Positions 31,478 through 42,891 of a DNA stretch of 64,000 bases are shown one piece after another (positions within the stretch are counted from its first letter, which is position 1; the number at the start of each line of letters is the position of its first letter). Below the pieces are notes generated by a model, which did no database searches, was not told the DNA's origin, and was given only the letters and a program-made list of their open reading frames with translations. The position numbers and the translations under genes are program-made. Source of the stretch: Eledone cirrhosa (lineage: Eukaryota); contig OZ024743.1 of assembly GCA_964016885.1 (NCBI GenBank), positions 31,248,001 to 31,312,000 of the forward strand. The letters are read 5' to 3'.

Positions 31478-31706
31478 AAAAAAAAAGTAAATATATGACT
31501 TTACTTGTTTTCTAAATAATTTGATTTAATTTTATAATATCATGAGTTTATGAGTTGGTAGATCTAGAAGATCGACTAGTAGATCTACTAGTTATACCAA
31601 CTCATAATATTATAAAATTAAATCAAATTATTTAGAACAAGTGAAGTCATTCATTTCCTTTTTTTCAAATATACCTAACTGTACCAAGGATCTCACACAT
31701 TTTCCA

Positions 31707-31744
<38 letters not shown>

Positions 31745-31899
31745 TTACACACATTCACACATATATACTTATATATAAATGGGGTCGTACGCATGTTTTT
31801 AGATACAGTCGAAATTGACTGGCAATTAGACGTACTGTACCTTTAGCACGGTCTCCTTTAATTCTCAACGCTGCAGATCATATACATTTAATAACACAC

Positions 31900-32980
31900 T
31901 CGAAGAGAGAACGGGGATCAACAGAGAAATTGATTAATTAAGATTCTGATTAGAAACATTGGACTAATCAGCCATGGAGAATAGTTAAAACTGCTATATA
32001 TGAGAGAGAGAAACTGTAATTAGAACGTTTAATAAACCAGGAGCAGGAAACTTCTTTCAAATCAACTTAATAAACTTTGTTCAACACATATTTGAGCACA
32101 AATATTATGAAGGATATTATAGATACATAGGATAGAAATAGTTCAATGGATATATAGTACACAAAGGAAATATACATTAATATTCTGGTTATCCAAATAA
32201 CATATTATAGTTAGAATACACATAATCGGACTCTAGGTAAACTAGGCAGCTTAGATAGTGAGATAAGACACATTGTTGCCAAGTATAATACAGCGCACAT
32301 TGATATATAATTATATTTTCTAAGCATACATGGAGGTAGCTCTTATGCCTCTAGAAAGCTATTAGAAAATAACCACTTTGTGAAAAGGATATATCGTACT
32401 GGGAGGCTAAAGCAAATATATACACAATACAAACAAAGTAATATGCCAATAAATAAACAAATTCGTATATAATAACAAGGAATAAACGGAAATCAATATC
32501 AACATTCCAAATATAAGATATATGCTCAAATAGAGCTACTCTCTGTCTCTTATATGTGACAAAAATGACCGGATACGGCCATTAATCGAAGGTGATTAAA
32601 ATACTGGCTGCAAAGCTGAGGATGTAACTCTGAGAATGAATTATTCTATATTACAAATTACGCAGACTGTCCCTAATTAGACAACGAATTAAGTAACTGC
32701 ACAATATGTCGAGGTGAGTGAGAAGTAATTAACCGCACTGTCACTAAATGGCCAGACATAGTCAAGTAGAAATAAATCTAGAGGCATGAAATAGTTTTGA
32801 TTTCCTTGTAGATTTAGTGGAAGTTACGGTGTGAAAGTGGGTATTATGGGTAGACAAAAGAAAATATCTCAGTAAATATAAAAAAAGGTTTACACATTGA
32901 TAGTTCGGAATAATAGACTTTAACCAGTAAAAGAAATGCCTCATGATTAATATATTCCTTTCAACAAAAGATAATATAAT
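31900..32980 (+). mobile_element. Decayed R4/Dong-like C-terminal region
   Basis: Remnants resembling DID.LY...HGG, YWL, a C.IC...H....P knuckle followed by RH, and a KCL.I RLE region. A-rich coding strand. Confidence 0.45.
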
Positions 32981-33118
32981 TCTCAAAGAAAGTATTCGCA
33001 CATATATATATATATATGTGTGTGTGTGTGTAAACAGACATATATATATTGGCGTTAAAACCGGCAATAATAGATATAACATTATGTCTTAGGAATGATA
33101 CAAATCCCGCAGATATAT

Positions 33119-33306
33119 AATTGTTCCTACTATAGAAATAAGGCCAGCAAATTACCAGTGCATTACTGGTACTTGATTTTATCGACCCCGTAAGGACGAA
33201 AGGCAAAGGTAACCTCGCCGAGATTTGAACTCAGAATGGCAAGGGCCGTAACTCCATGCGTCAAAGCATGGCGTCCGACACTCTACCGATACTGCCAATC
33301 TACCGC
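33119..33306 (-). mobile_element. tRNA-derived SINE, full length
   Basis: Same family; TSD ccgcagatatataat (33107-33121 / 33303-33317). Confidence 0.9.
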
Positions 33307-33465
33307 AGATATATAATGATCATAAAACACAGGGTATACATATGTGCACAACATACATAACATACACATAAGAAGCACTGTAGATTATTAAACAATTTTA
33401 CTGAAATAAAGGAACTGCAACATAAAACACTGCGCTCAGTAATGTAGTAACAGTAAGCTATTAAA

Positions 33466-33530
33466 TAATTGTTTCTATTTTAGGCACAAGGCCAGCAATT
33501 AACCAGTACATTACTGGTACTTTATTTTAT
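33466..33530 (-). mobile_element. 5'-truncated SINE
   Basis: 3' ~65 bp of the same SINE; TSD agtaagctat(t/a)aaataat on both sides. Confidence 0.8.
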
Positions 33531-33969
33531 AGTAAGCTATAAAATAATGCCTGCAATTTACATAATTATAATGATGATTATGGTGGCAGTGGTGTTGGTG
33601 GTTGGTGTATCGGTGATACTGTTGGGCGATTTTATTATAAGAGTAATGATGATGATAAAATTTAGCAAAGTTGTAGTGATAGAGAAAAATAGCATAGAAA
33701 TGGAGCTAGCAAGCAAATTAGAAAATGCAAATATGAATAACGTTCCAAATGTCAGACTTGCGGTAAGAATGACACTGCGCTATTTCTTCTGCTGGAAACG
33801 ATGAGGAATCGTCACGAGAATGCCTCGTAGTCTAACCTATCGATGAACATAACTCGCTCAATGGGGTCGGGTAGCAGAAGCTGAGAAAGAGAGTGGTATT
33901 TTATGGTGACTAACTCTACTAAATACTGAGTAACTTTCGCTTCATGGCCTCGGTGGATTCACCGAAAAT

Positions 33970-34548
33970 GGGTAGTTGGCGCAATCCCAAACAGGCCTAT
34001 CTGGAATCTTCTGCTCCGCTGATACACTGTCGACAGTCTTATGGATCTAGTCCATGTCAATGGCTAGAAATCTTTCAATAATATCTACAGTCAGCACTCA
34101 GTGTCTCTCATCAACTTAGCCGTTTATAGTCTCGCTTATCAACGATAATTAGACAATCTCCACTGGCACGCAGCTAGATAAGGATAGCCTGCGCATCCGC
34201 GTTTCCTAGAGGCTTGGCTTCCGGATCTGCGAGTCACATAAACGTCGCTGTGGATCCATGATTTCCTGTCGCCACCTTCCACACCATGCTGCCATCAACG
34301 AGTACATAAAGCATGGCTTGGACACTGCACGCTTCCCTTCCCAGCTCGAGCTGGTGGGGCTGGACCGAGGGGACGGCAAAAGGCCAGATGGCATGACCAT
34401 TTCCAGTTCCGTGGTGGCAAACCCCTCGTCTTGGAAGGCACTTGCACAGACACTTTCTCCAGCCGCAAACTCGTGCAGCCTGCGACGAACCTACAGGTTT
34501 GCGGTTGTACCCTTGGCAGTGGAGACTTCTGGTGTCCTCGGCCCTAGG
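33970..34548 (+). mobile_element. CRE-like non-LTR retrotransposon endonuclease (RLE) fragment
   Basis: HHAAINEYIKHGL..QLE.VGLDRGDGKRPDGMTI, frameshifted GKPLV..TCTDTF, and VPLAVETSGVLGP. Confidence 0.75.
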
Positions 34549-34948
34549 GTTAACTCCCTACTGATTGGTACTTATCAAAGACAAGTACTCCACCTGTTTG
34601 CTGAAAATCATGAATGTTTGATTCTTATAGAATTTCTAGTAATAATCAGAAATTGATTATACAGAAATTATTACAGATTATTACTAGAAATTCTATAAGA
34701 ATCAAACATTTATGATTTTCAGCAAACAGGTGGAGTACTTGGCTTTGATAAGTAGCAATCAGTACGAAACATAGCTCTGTCAGCTTTATCTCCCCTGTTT
34801 GCTGAAAATTTAAAGTATGTGAGACTGTCACTACTCTAAAACAATAGCATATGGTCTTCGAAATGCTTTTAATTAAGCATACAGTCTTTTGCAAAATATA
34901 CTATATATACATTCATATATATATAACTATTTCAGAGCGCCAATTATA

Positions 34949-34980
<32 letters not shown>

Positions 34981-34991
34981 GTATATATGTA

Positions 34992-35087
<96 letters not shown>

Positions 35088-36845
35088 AAAAACCACAGGG
35101 GCGTAGATATATATATATATATATGTGCAAACGGTTGATATCGTGTAGGCAGCACATTACAATTTGTTGCAGTGACATATTAACACAATGTACGCTTCTG
35201 TGCCTATCTGATATTATGGGCACTATTTCCCTCTTATTAACACTCAATTTTACATGACTTTCCTTTTTATGTTTCACACAACGAAGTAGGTGTTAACTAC
35301 TTAAACCACACTTGCCTTTATCAATTAGCTTCCTGTCAAAATTACTCATTTTGGAAGGTGCGGAAACATGTAATAATTATTTATTTGTTTAAATATTATA
35401 TAATAATCATTGTTTTCCTCATTGAAGCGCTAGACCAGCAATTGTTTTGTATAACCAAAGTTGATGAAAGGCAAATTTTACCTGAGAGCATTTGACCACA
35501 CAAGCTAACGATTCGGGACACTGCAGCCATGTAGTTTACGGACGTTTTAACCAATCTGTCCATCCATTGATCTTACACAATATAATAATTAAAGCTGTTA
35601 TCGGCTGTGTGACTCTTTCGCAAAACCTTAATAGGATACTAAGTCAGAGGCTACATCATGATAGTTCATTTCTATTATAAATTTAATAGTGATTTTAATC
35701 TATGCGAGATTTGCTTCATTAACTGAATTATAGAAGCTGAGTAATTATGTTGATTGACTTTTCAGTTTGATCAACCGTTTTAGAAAATTGTTTACTGTAA
35801 TCAGTTAAAGATTAAATTTCTAAACGGTCTACGCGTATGCAATTAAAGTGGGGTTGATTTGTTAATCTCTATAAATATGTGTTAAGTTCATCCAATCGTA
35901 TATCGTTACGACTTTTCATTTGTAGGAATAATGCTATTCAATATTAGAATAATGTATTAAATATAATAGTGCGATTTTATACAAATATTTTTTTCCAAAT
36001 GCCATTTAGATAATTACTATTTTTATTGGAAGGATTCAAAAAATTCAATAATTTTTGGTAAAGATATATGTTTCAGATGTTATGTTTTGTTAATAGAAAA
36101 GTATTTACGTCTCAGGGAAGACTGGTTACATTTTTAAAATCATAACACGGAGCTATTAATTATTTGTGTTACTAAGTGTAAATTGTAAGTGCGTCGAGGA
36201 TTACCTGTTTTAGAATAGTATCGGTCAACAATCGGTCAACAATCCTTACGCATTCGATAACATAAAATAAAAGTAATTGGACTGCAGTCCATTTAATCGA
36301 CATACCCACCCTTAAAATTGCTGACCTTGTATCAAACATAGTATAAAACTACGATAATTATTCTCCTTTTGCGATAATTATTCTCTGTTTCGGAGGTGAA
36401 CAATGTGAAATGTCGTATACGTGGTTAAGTATTCCCCAGATACGCGCACGTTTTACGTAAGGCCGAAACATATTCTAATTGACATGATATGAAACATGAC
36501 TAATCTTTCAATTACAGATACAATTCGTCCGTCAGATTTCCCTACAATTTCCTTCGGCCCAAATTTAACTCATAAAGTATAGATCAATCTGCTATTGTGG
36601 TAAACACATTTACCTCGTCTCAACATTCCAATGCAATACGAAGGAATGAGAAAGGCTGATATAACTAAACAGTAGTGTGGTACCCAATGGCTTGTGTGAG
36701 TTGTCGATTAGGGCATGTAAAATAACGTCTTGCAGAAGTGCAGAGGGAACGAACGCACGACTTTGTCAGGTTTGTTAATTGCTGAACATGAACAGAAATA
36801 TATTCACAAATGACTATAAATAATTCTGTATAACTAGAATAGGCG

Positions 36846-36889
<44 letters not shown>

Positions 36890-36929
36890 CGATATTAATA
36901 AATGGAAACTATATTTATAAAACCATATT

Positions 36930-36995
36930 TATTTCATTATACCTATTTCAGGGATACCAAATTAAATTATGGTATGCCTTCATCAGACAAAATAC
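36930..36995 (-). ncRNA. Hammerhead-like motif in a PLE pLTR
   Basis: CTGATGA-aggcatacca(loop)tggtatccct-GAAAT-ag-GTA followed by AATAAA. Paralogous to 38070-38132. Confidence 0.6.
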
Positions 36996-37138
36996 AATAT
37001 ATAACAGTTTTACAAATAAGCTTTGACGTACCCTATTAAAAAGCAACCATTGTTTTTGGAAGTCAATAATATATATATATATATAAAGCACACTTTGTAT
37101 AAATATATATATAAAAAGCACATTTTGTATAAATATAT

Positions 37139-37188
<50 letters not shown>

Positions 37189-37196
37189 CACTTTGA

Positions 37197-37535
37197 GAAA
37201 TCCAGAGAACTTCAATAATGACCTCAGGTCTTTTACACTAACTCTTCTTTATACCTTATCGATAACATTCTAAGGAATACAAATCGCTGAGTGCTTTACA
37301 TCTGTTTACAATAGACGAAATTGAATTATATATATATAAGCAACCTGTAATCTGTTCCACCTCATTTTTAACTCCCCTTCCTCCTCCCAGCTAACTCTCT
37401 CTCTCTCATTCTCTCTCTCCTTCTCCCTCTACTTCTTCTCTGTGGGAATTTGCATATACTATGGTTTGGGCTTACTTTATTCCTATATACATGTTTTAGC
37501 ATGTCAGTTAGATTCAAACGTACAATGATTGGAAT

Positions 37536-37566
<31 letters not shown>

Positions 37567-37915
37567 GTATATATATAGGGGCGGACAATGTATAAAAACA
37601 TTGGTTTCCAGATGAAGGGACATATAGAATGGGACAAATTCATATAGAATGCTAACAGTTTATATTTATAATGAATAAATAAAATTAAAAAAAATACATA
37701 AGTGGAAACAAAGCAGTGCATACAAACTTTTTCGGTGAAATATCTTACATTCTCCAATAATAAATATTATTTATTTTGCGAAATCCAGAGAACTTCAATA
37801 ATGACCTCAGGTCTTTTACACTAACTCTTCTTGATACCTTATCGATAACATTCTAAGTAATACAACTCGCTGAGTACTTTACGTATGTTTACAGCAAACG
37901 AAATTCAATTATATA
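37197..37915. repeat. ~140-bp direct repeat pair
   Basis: gaaatccagagaacttc..aattatatat at ~37197-37335 and ~37780-37915, each ending in (AT)n. Confidence 0.9.
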
Positions 37916-38069
37916 TATATATATATATATTAAGTAGAAGGGATATTTAATTTGTTGGAAATTCAACAAATATAAATGTTTATAACTGATTCAGAACACT
38001 CGACAAGATATCTGGAGTAAATTTTCAATGATATTAAATAATTGGAAACTATATTTATAAAACCATATT

Positions 38070-38132
38070 TATTCTATTAATTATATTTCAAGGGTACCAA
38101 AAACATGGTACCCTTTATCATCAGATAAAATA
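38070..38132 (-). ncRNA. Hammerhead-like motif in a PLE pLTR
   Basis: CTGATGA-ta-aagggtacc(loop)ggtaccctt-GAAAT. An inverted degenerate copy lies at ~38212-38275. Confidence 0.55.
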
Positions 38133-38312
38133 CAAAGTGTGTTTTATAAATGTTGACATAGCCAAGGAAACAAATCTTATCAGTTGAATTTTCCTTATAA
38201 AACACATTTTGTATTTTATATGATGGAAGCGTACCGAAGTTTGTGGTACCCTTGAAATATATATAATAGAATAAATATGGTTTTATAAATATAGTTTCCA
38301 TTTATGTAATAT

Positions 38313-38400
<88 letters not shown>

Positions 38401-38469
38401 AAAAAGGGATGAAATCGAAAATGCAACTGAAGTCTTATTTTTTTTAAAAATATATATATTTATTTGGTT

Positions 38470-38507
38470 CCTTTACCGGTTTCGCAGTTCTTCTGCTTTT
38501 CAAAAGG
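38470..38507 (-). ncRNA. Minimal type I hammerhead ribozyme (inverted pLTR copy)
   Basis: Reverse complement of 39494-39531. Confidence 0.8.
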
Positions 38508-39457
38508 TGAGTTGAGATGGAGGGTCTGTGGTTTTTCTCACATCTGTGAGGTCAAACTTTGCTTTTGTTAGCAATTGCTTCAAATTTTTTGGCTGTCTTT
38601 TACTAAGAGTCAAAGATCGATCTGTGATTAAGCCTTTTAATTCATTACTTTGAGCAATGATCGATAGGTTTGCTTTGGCAGTGTTCAATATATTCTGGTG
38701 ACATGGGTTGTGTGTCATTATAAATGGTATGACCAGTTCTTGGTTTCTTCTTCCTTTGGTTGTTCTAAGTTGTTGTATAGGTATTTTTATAGCTCGCTGT
38801 ATGCCATTTTCTATAAGTAGAGATGGGTATTTTTGTTTGAGCAAAAATTCTCTTAGTTCTGTTAGGCGTTTGTACCTGGTATTCGTATCTTCTACAATGG
38901 TACAAATTCTTCTGGCTAGGCAGTATGGGATGTTGCGTTTTGTATGAGGTGGATGGCACGACATAAAATTCAGATATTGATGGGTGTCTGTGTGTTTATA
39001 ATATATATCCGTGGTAATGGTGGTGTCGTTTTTGATTATTGATGGGTGTCTGTGTGTTTATAATATATATCCGTGGTAATGGTGGTGTCGTTTTTGATTA
39101 TCATTATATCTAGGAATGGTAATTTGGTCCTACTCATCTCTTTTGTGAATTGGAGAGATGGGTGTAGGTTATTCAGGAGGATATTGAACTCATCCAGAGT
39201 ATCTAGAGATTCTGTCCAGATGATGAAACAGTCGTCAAGGTATCTCTTCCAAGATTTTTCAATGTACTTTCTAAAGTCAGTACTATATTTTTCCTCTATT
39301 TCTTGGTAGAGTTGTTGTTCTAAGTATCCCATTACAGAGTTCGCGTAAACGGGAGCAAACTTCGTTCCCATCGCTGTGCCTCTAATTTGGATGTAATTCT
39401 TTCCATTGAAGAAGAAAGTGTTGTTTTCCAGAATAAGTTTAACTGCGTCTAATATAA
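38500..39457 (-). pseudogene. Penelope-type reverse transcriptase (core motifs plus thumb), frameshifted
   Basis: Motifs GTAMGTKFAPVYAN, WKRYLDDCFIIW, LPFLDIMI, IYYKHTDTHQYL, SCHPPHTKRNIPY and RQPKNLKQLL. The frame is broken by a 62-bp tandem duplication (38975-39036 / 39037-39098). Confidence 0.92.
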
Positions 39458-39493
39458 ATGTGAGAAAAACCACAGACCCTCCATCTCAACTCA

Positions 39494-39531
39494 CCTTTTG
39501 AAAAGCAGAAGAACTGCGAAACCGGTAAAGG
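39494..39531 (+). ncRNA. Minimal type I hammerhead ribozyme, U3:A8 core variant
   Basis: cctt-TTGAAAA-gcag(aagaa)ctgc-GAAAC-cg-GTA-aagg: stem I cctt/aagg, stem II gcag/ctgc, palindromic stem III ACCGGT. Confidence 0.8.
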
Positions 39532-40004
39532 AACCAAATAAATATATATATTTAAAAAAAAGATAAGACTTCAGTTGCATTTTCGATTTCATCCCTTTTT
39601 CTTTATACTTCGACTCGTGTAGGACACCTCGGTTATTTTTCATTTTGTAAAAAAGAACCTCACTTTCTAATATATATATATATATATATACCTACATAAT
39701 TAAAGACAGGCAGACAGATGGGGTAGAGAGAAATACAGTATTACTATTACTTTGAAGAATAGTGTATTCAAATTTCAAAATAAATGTTGCTTCTGTGTAG
39801 ATAAGACTTCAAATATTTATTTTGAAGTATATTCTAGCGCATACGTTAGTCAACCATATGTAAAAATAGTGATTTGATATACCCAAATAATCCAAACAAT
39901 TTACAGAAGAACATTCCATCTAGGAGTGTTTAAATTTTGAAATCAATAAGTGTGAGCTTTCGAATATTTTTCACAATATATATAATGAATACAAAAATTA
40001 AACA

Positions 40005-40200
40005 GAAATAACGAAGCAAACGACTCGATGGGGAAATATATTAGTTTAACGTTTTCTATAGGAAGCAAGGCGTTTAACGTTTCGACCACAGCTCTTTCGT
40101 CAAAATATATAATGTGAAATAGGAGATGAAATAGAATGTTAGAGAATAAAAAAAGAAGTGATCGAAAAAATATTGTTCAGAAATACACATGCGCATTTGG
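40005..40200 (-). mobile_element. Solo PLE pLTR remnant with degenerate hammerhead
   Basis: Minus strand TTGACGA-aagagc-tgtg-gtc-GAAAC-GTT-aaa at 40073-40105. Confidence 0.5.
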
Positions 40201-40404
40201 TCAACAATTCGAATAAAATGGCGGAATAGGTATACGCACATATGTTAACGTGCGTGAGGATAAATATTCATATAGCCTAGTTGAACCGAAGATTAACCTG
40301 TGCACTCACAGTATTATCGGTCAAAATATATCTGATGTTCCTGCGAGTGCACAGGTGGAACTCCAAAGAAACAGGGTGCGCAATGTGGCTATAATAAAAG
40401 ACTG

Positions 40405-40444
<40 letters not shown>

Positions 40445-40588
40445 AATTAAAATACTAGACTGTGTTGGATTTAAACACCCTCTTCGCATTATAGAAATGA
40501 CAGTAAAGATATAGCTCAATGTAATTAAACAGACCCGAAAAATTATGAATATAAACCAAAGAAACCTTCAATACATCAAAAGTCTTTA

Positions 40589-40631
40589 TTGGCCAACAAT
40601 GTTTCGTCCTATTAAGGACTCATCAGGGCAA
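40589..40631 (-). ncRNA. Minimal hammerhead ribozyme with canonical core
   Basis: ttgcc-CTGATGA-gtcc(ttaata)ggac-GAAAC-att-GTT-ggccaa, overlapping a downstream AATAAA. Confidence 0.82.
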
Positions 40632-40983
40632 GTAAAGCTATAAGAACAACTATCGGCCAATACAAGCCAGAAACTCAGAAGAATATGGAGTATACATACA
40701 TTAAAGCATAGGAAAATTATGAAGTAAAAATTGCTAAGGAAGTGAATAACATTTTGAACCATATTACAAATATAGTACAATGCAAAGACTAAAACTAAGC
40801 ACAAGTGGTGATATAAAGCGAGAATTACGGTACGATATATAATATAATATAATATAATATAATATAATTGATAAAGATAATAATAATAATATTAATAATA
40901 TTAAAAATATTAAAAATATTAAAAATACTAAAAATAATTAAAAGGCCTAATATACATATATATATATATATATATACATATGT

Positions 40984-41023
<40 letters not shown>

Positions 41024-41834
41024 CCATCAATACAAACACAAAGTAACACTTATTAAGAGTTTAAATATAAATATAATACATATATTATTTACAGTATAAA
41101 GAAATGAATAAAAATAAACATATAATATATAATATACTATATAATTATATAATTTATAATCTCCGGTCAATTTGCTCAAACAATATAAATATTACAATAA
41201 CACTATAATAACAATATTATAATATATTGGCATATAACTTAACAAATCATATAAAGTTACACACAGGGTAAGAAAAAAAAATATCATACAGAACTAAATT
41301 GTGTTGAAAAAATTGTGCTGGAAAAATATCTATACCGTTGTAACAAAACAGACGGAGGTCAAGTTTTTATACAATTGGTACAAATAAATATTATCTAAAC
41401 ATTATAAAAATTATAAAAACATATTACAGAATTTACAAAATTTAACATAATGGTACATTGAATAATCGGTAAATATTTAAGATCTATAGTACGATTACAA
41501 ACAGTGATATGATATAACAACTTCAATATTAAATAACAAACATAGTATAAGTATACATAATTACATGGCTGGTAGACAGACATGTGTGAATAAGTTAATA
41601 AGAACCAGACAGAAACTACGCACGGTAGTAAATAAACATAAATAAAATCAACCGGAAATAAAAAAACAAAAACAAATATATTTACTTAGGTGAACACAGG
41701 CAGTTAAGTAAAAAAATTAGGAATCAAACCCGGATAAATGATTACTTTTATAAGGTTTTCTAGTCATTTATCCGGGTTTGATTCCTTATTTGTTTACTTA
41801 ACTGCCTGTGACACCTAATTAAATATATTTGTTT

Positions 41835-42236
41835 GATGACCCCTTAGCCTTTGTATAAGCAGAATTCTAGGAGAAGGAAACCTCTGATATAACACCTGCA
41901 ACTGTGATGGTTTCCAATGATGTTGACTTGTTCTTCTTTTTGGTAAATATCATCTTGGTTAAGAGAGTGGGACTGGCTTTGTGCAGTGCCTTTGCTCACT
42001 ATAAAAGCTTCACGCCACAGGCATTGCTTTATATCTGGAGATTGCTCTTCACTTGTCGTCACATGGTACCATGAGCCCAGCATTATGTGTTAATAGTTGT
42101 CACAAGTGTAGTGTTTGTACCAGATTTTTCAAGTCGCTGGCTGGACTAAGAAGTCACACTCGTTCAGCGCATCGGTGAGTGTTTTACATACATATAAAGT
42201 AGTGGCCGTACTCGAAAACGAGTTGGCATCCACCAT
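41835..42236 (+). mobile_element. Non-autonomous bipartite RTE-derived element, 5'-truncated
   Basis: RTE 5'UTR-like motif ctaggagaaggaaa.ctctgat joined to an RTE-type C2H2 end (CSVCTRFFKSLAGLRSH), then hairpin actcgaaaacgagt and an (AT)n tail. Second copy at 61701-62156. Confidence 0.7.
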
Positions 42237-42320
42237 ATATTCATATATATATATATATATATATATGCGCTGAACGAGTGTGACTTCTTAGTCCAGCCAG
42301 CGACTTGAATAATCTGGTAC

Positions 42321-42438
42321 CCGAGGAAGCGCTTATGCCCGAAACGTCGTCCCCCACCAACACCCGACTCTCCAGAGCGTGAAATTAATAAACATTCGTT
42401 GTACTTCCTCTCTGTGTTGTCCCTGTTCAAATTTTTCC

Positions 42439-42440
<2 letters not shown>
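42321..42440 (+). mobile_element. Solo PLE pLTR with hammerhead-like motif
   Basis: CCGAGGA-agcgc(ttat)gccc-GAAAC-gtc-GTC, then AATAAA, ending in (AT)n. Shares ttatgcccgaaacgtc-type sequence with 50968-50995. Confidence 0.6.
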
Positions 42441-42471
<31 letters not shown>

Positions 42472-42825
42472 AACTGATATGCAGTATTCTCAACTCCTGT
42501 AGAACTATTACTTCATAATATAGTATGTGAATTGAAGGTATATCTCAGCAATGAATTCATATATATAGTTCTATTAATTCATTGTATTTAGTGTTTATGT
42601 GTATGTGAAATTCGTAATTGCTTTTAAATACAAATTATTTGAATGATATCAGTTGAGTGACGATTCTTTATTTACTATATTAGACACACGATTCAAAGCC
42701 TCACTTGAACAGATTATGCTGAACATTAGTGGGATATTTGTAATCAGCCTCATATTGTTGGCAGGCTAAAATATATTTTGATTTCACGTAGAGTTGCAAG
42801 AATCACGATAGTCATATATAAATAT

Positions 42826-42891
<66 letters not shown>

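Larger units (their letters stand above)
38395..39670 (-). mobile_element. Penelope-like element (PLE), 5'-truncated, with inverted pseudo-LTRs, inserted in (AT)n
   Basis: Minus-strand PLE RT between inverted copies of a ~150 bp pLTR (38395-38543 and 39458-39606; the right copy extends to ~39670). Each copy carries an HHR. (AT)n runs lie on both sides. Confidence 0.92.
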
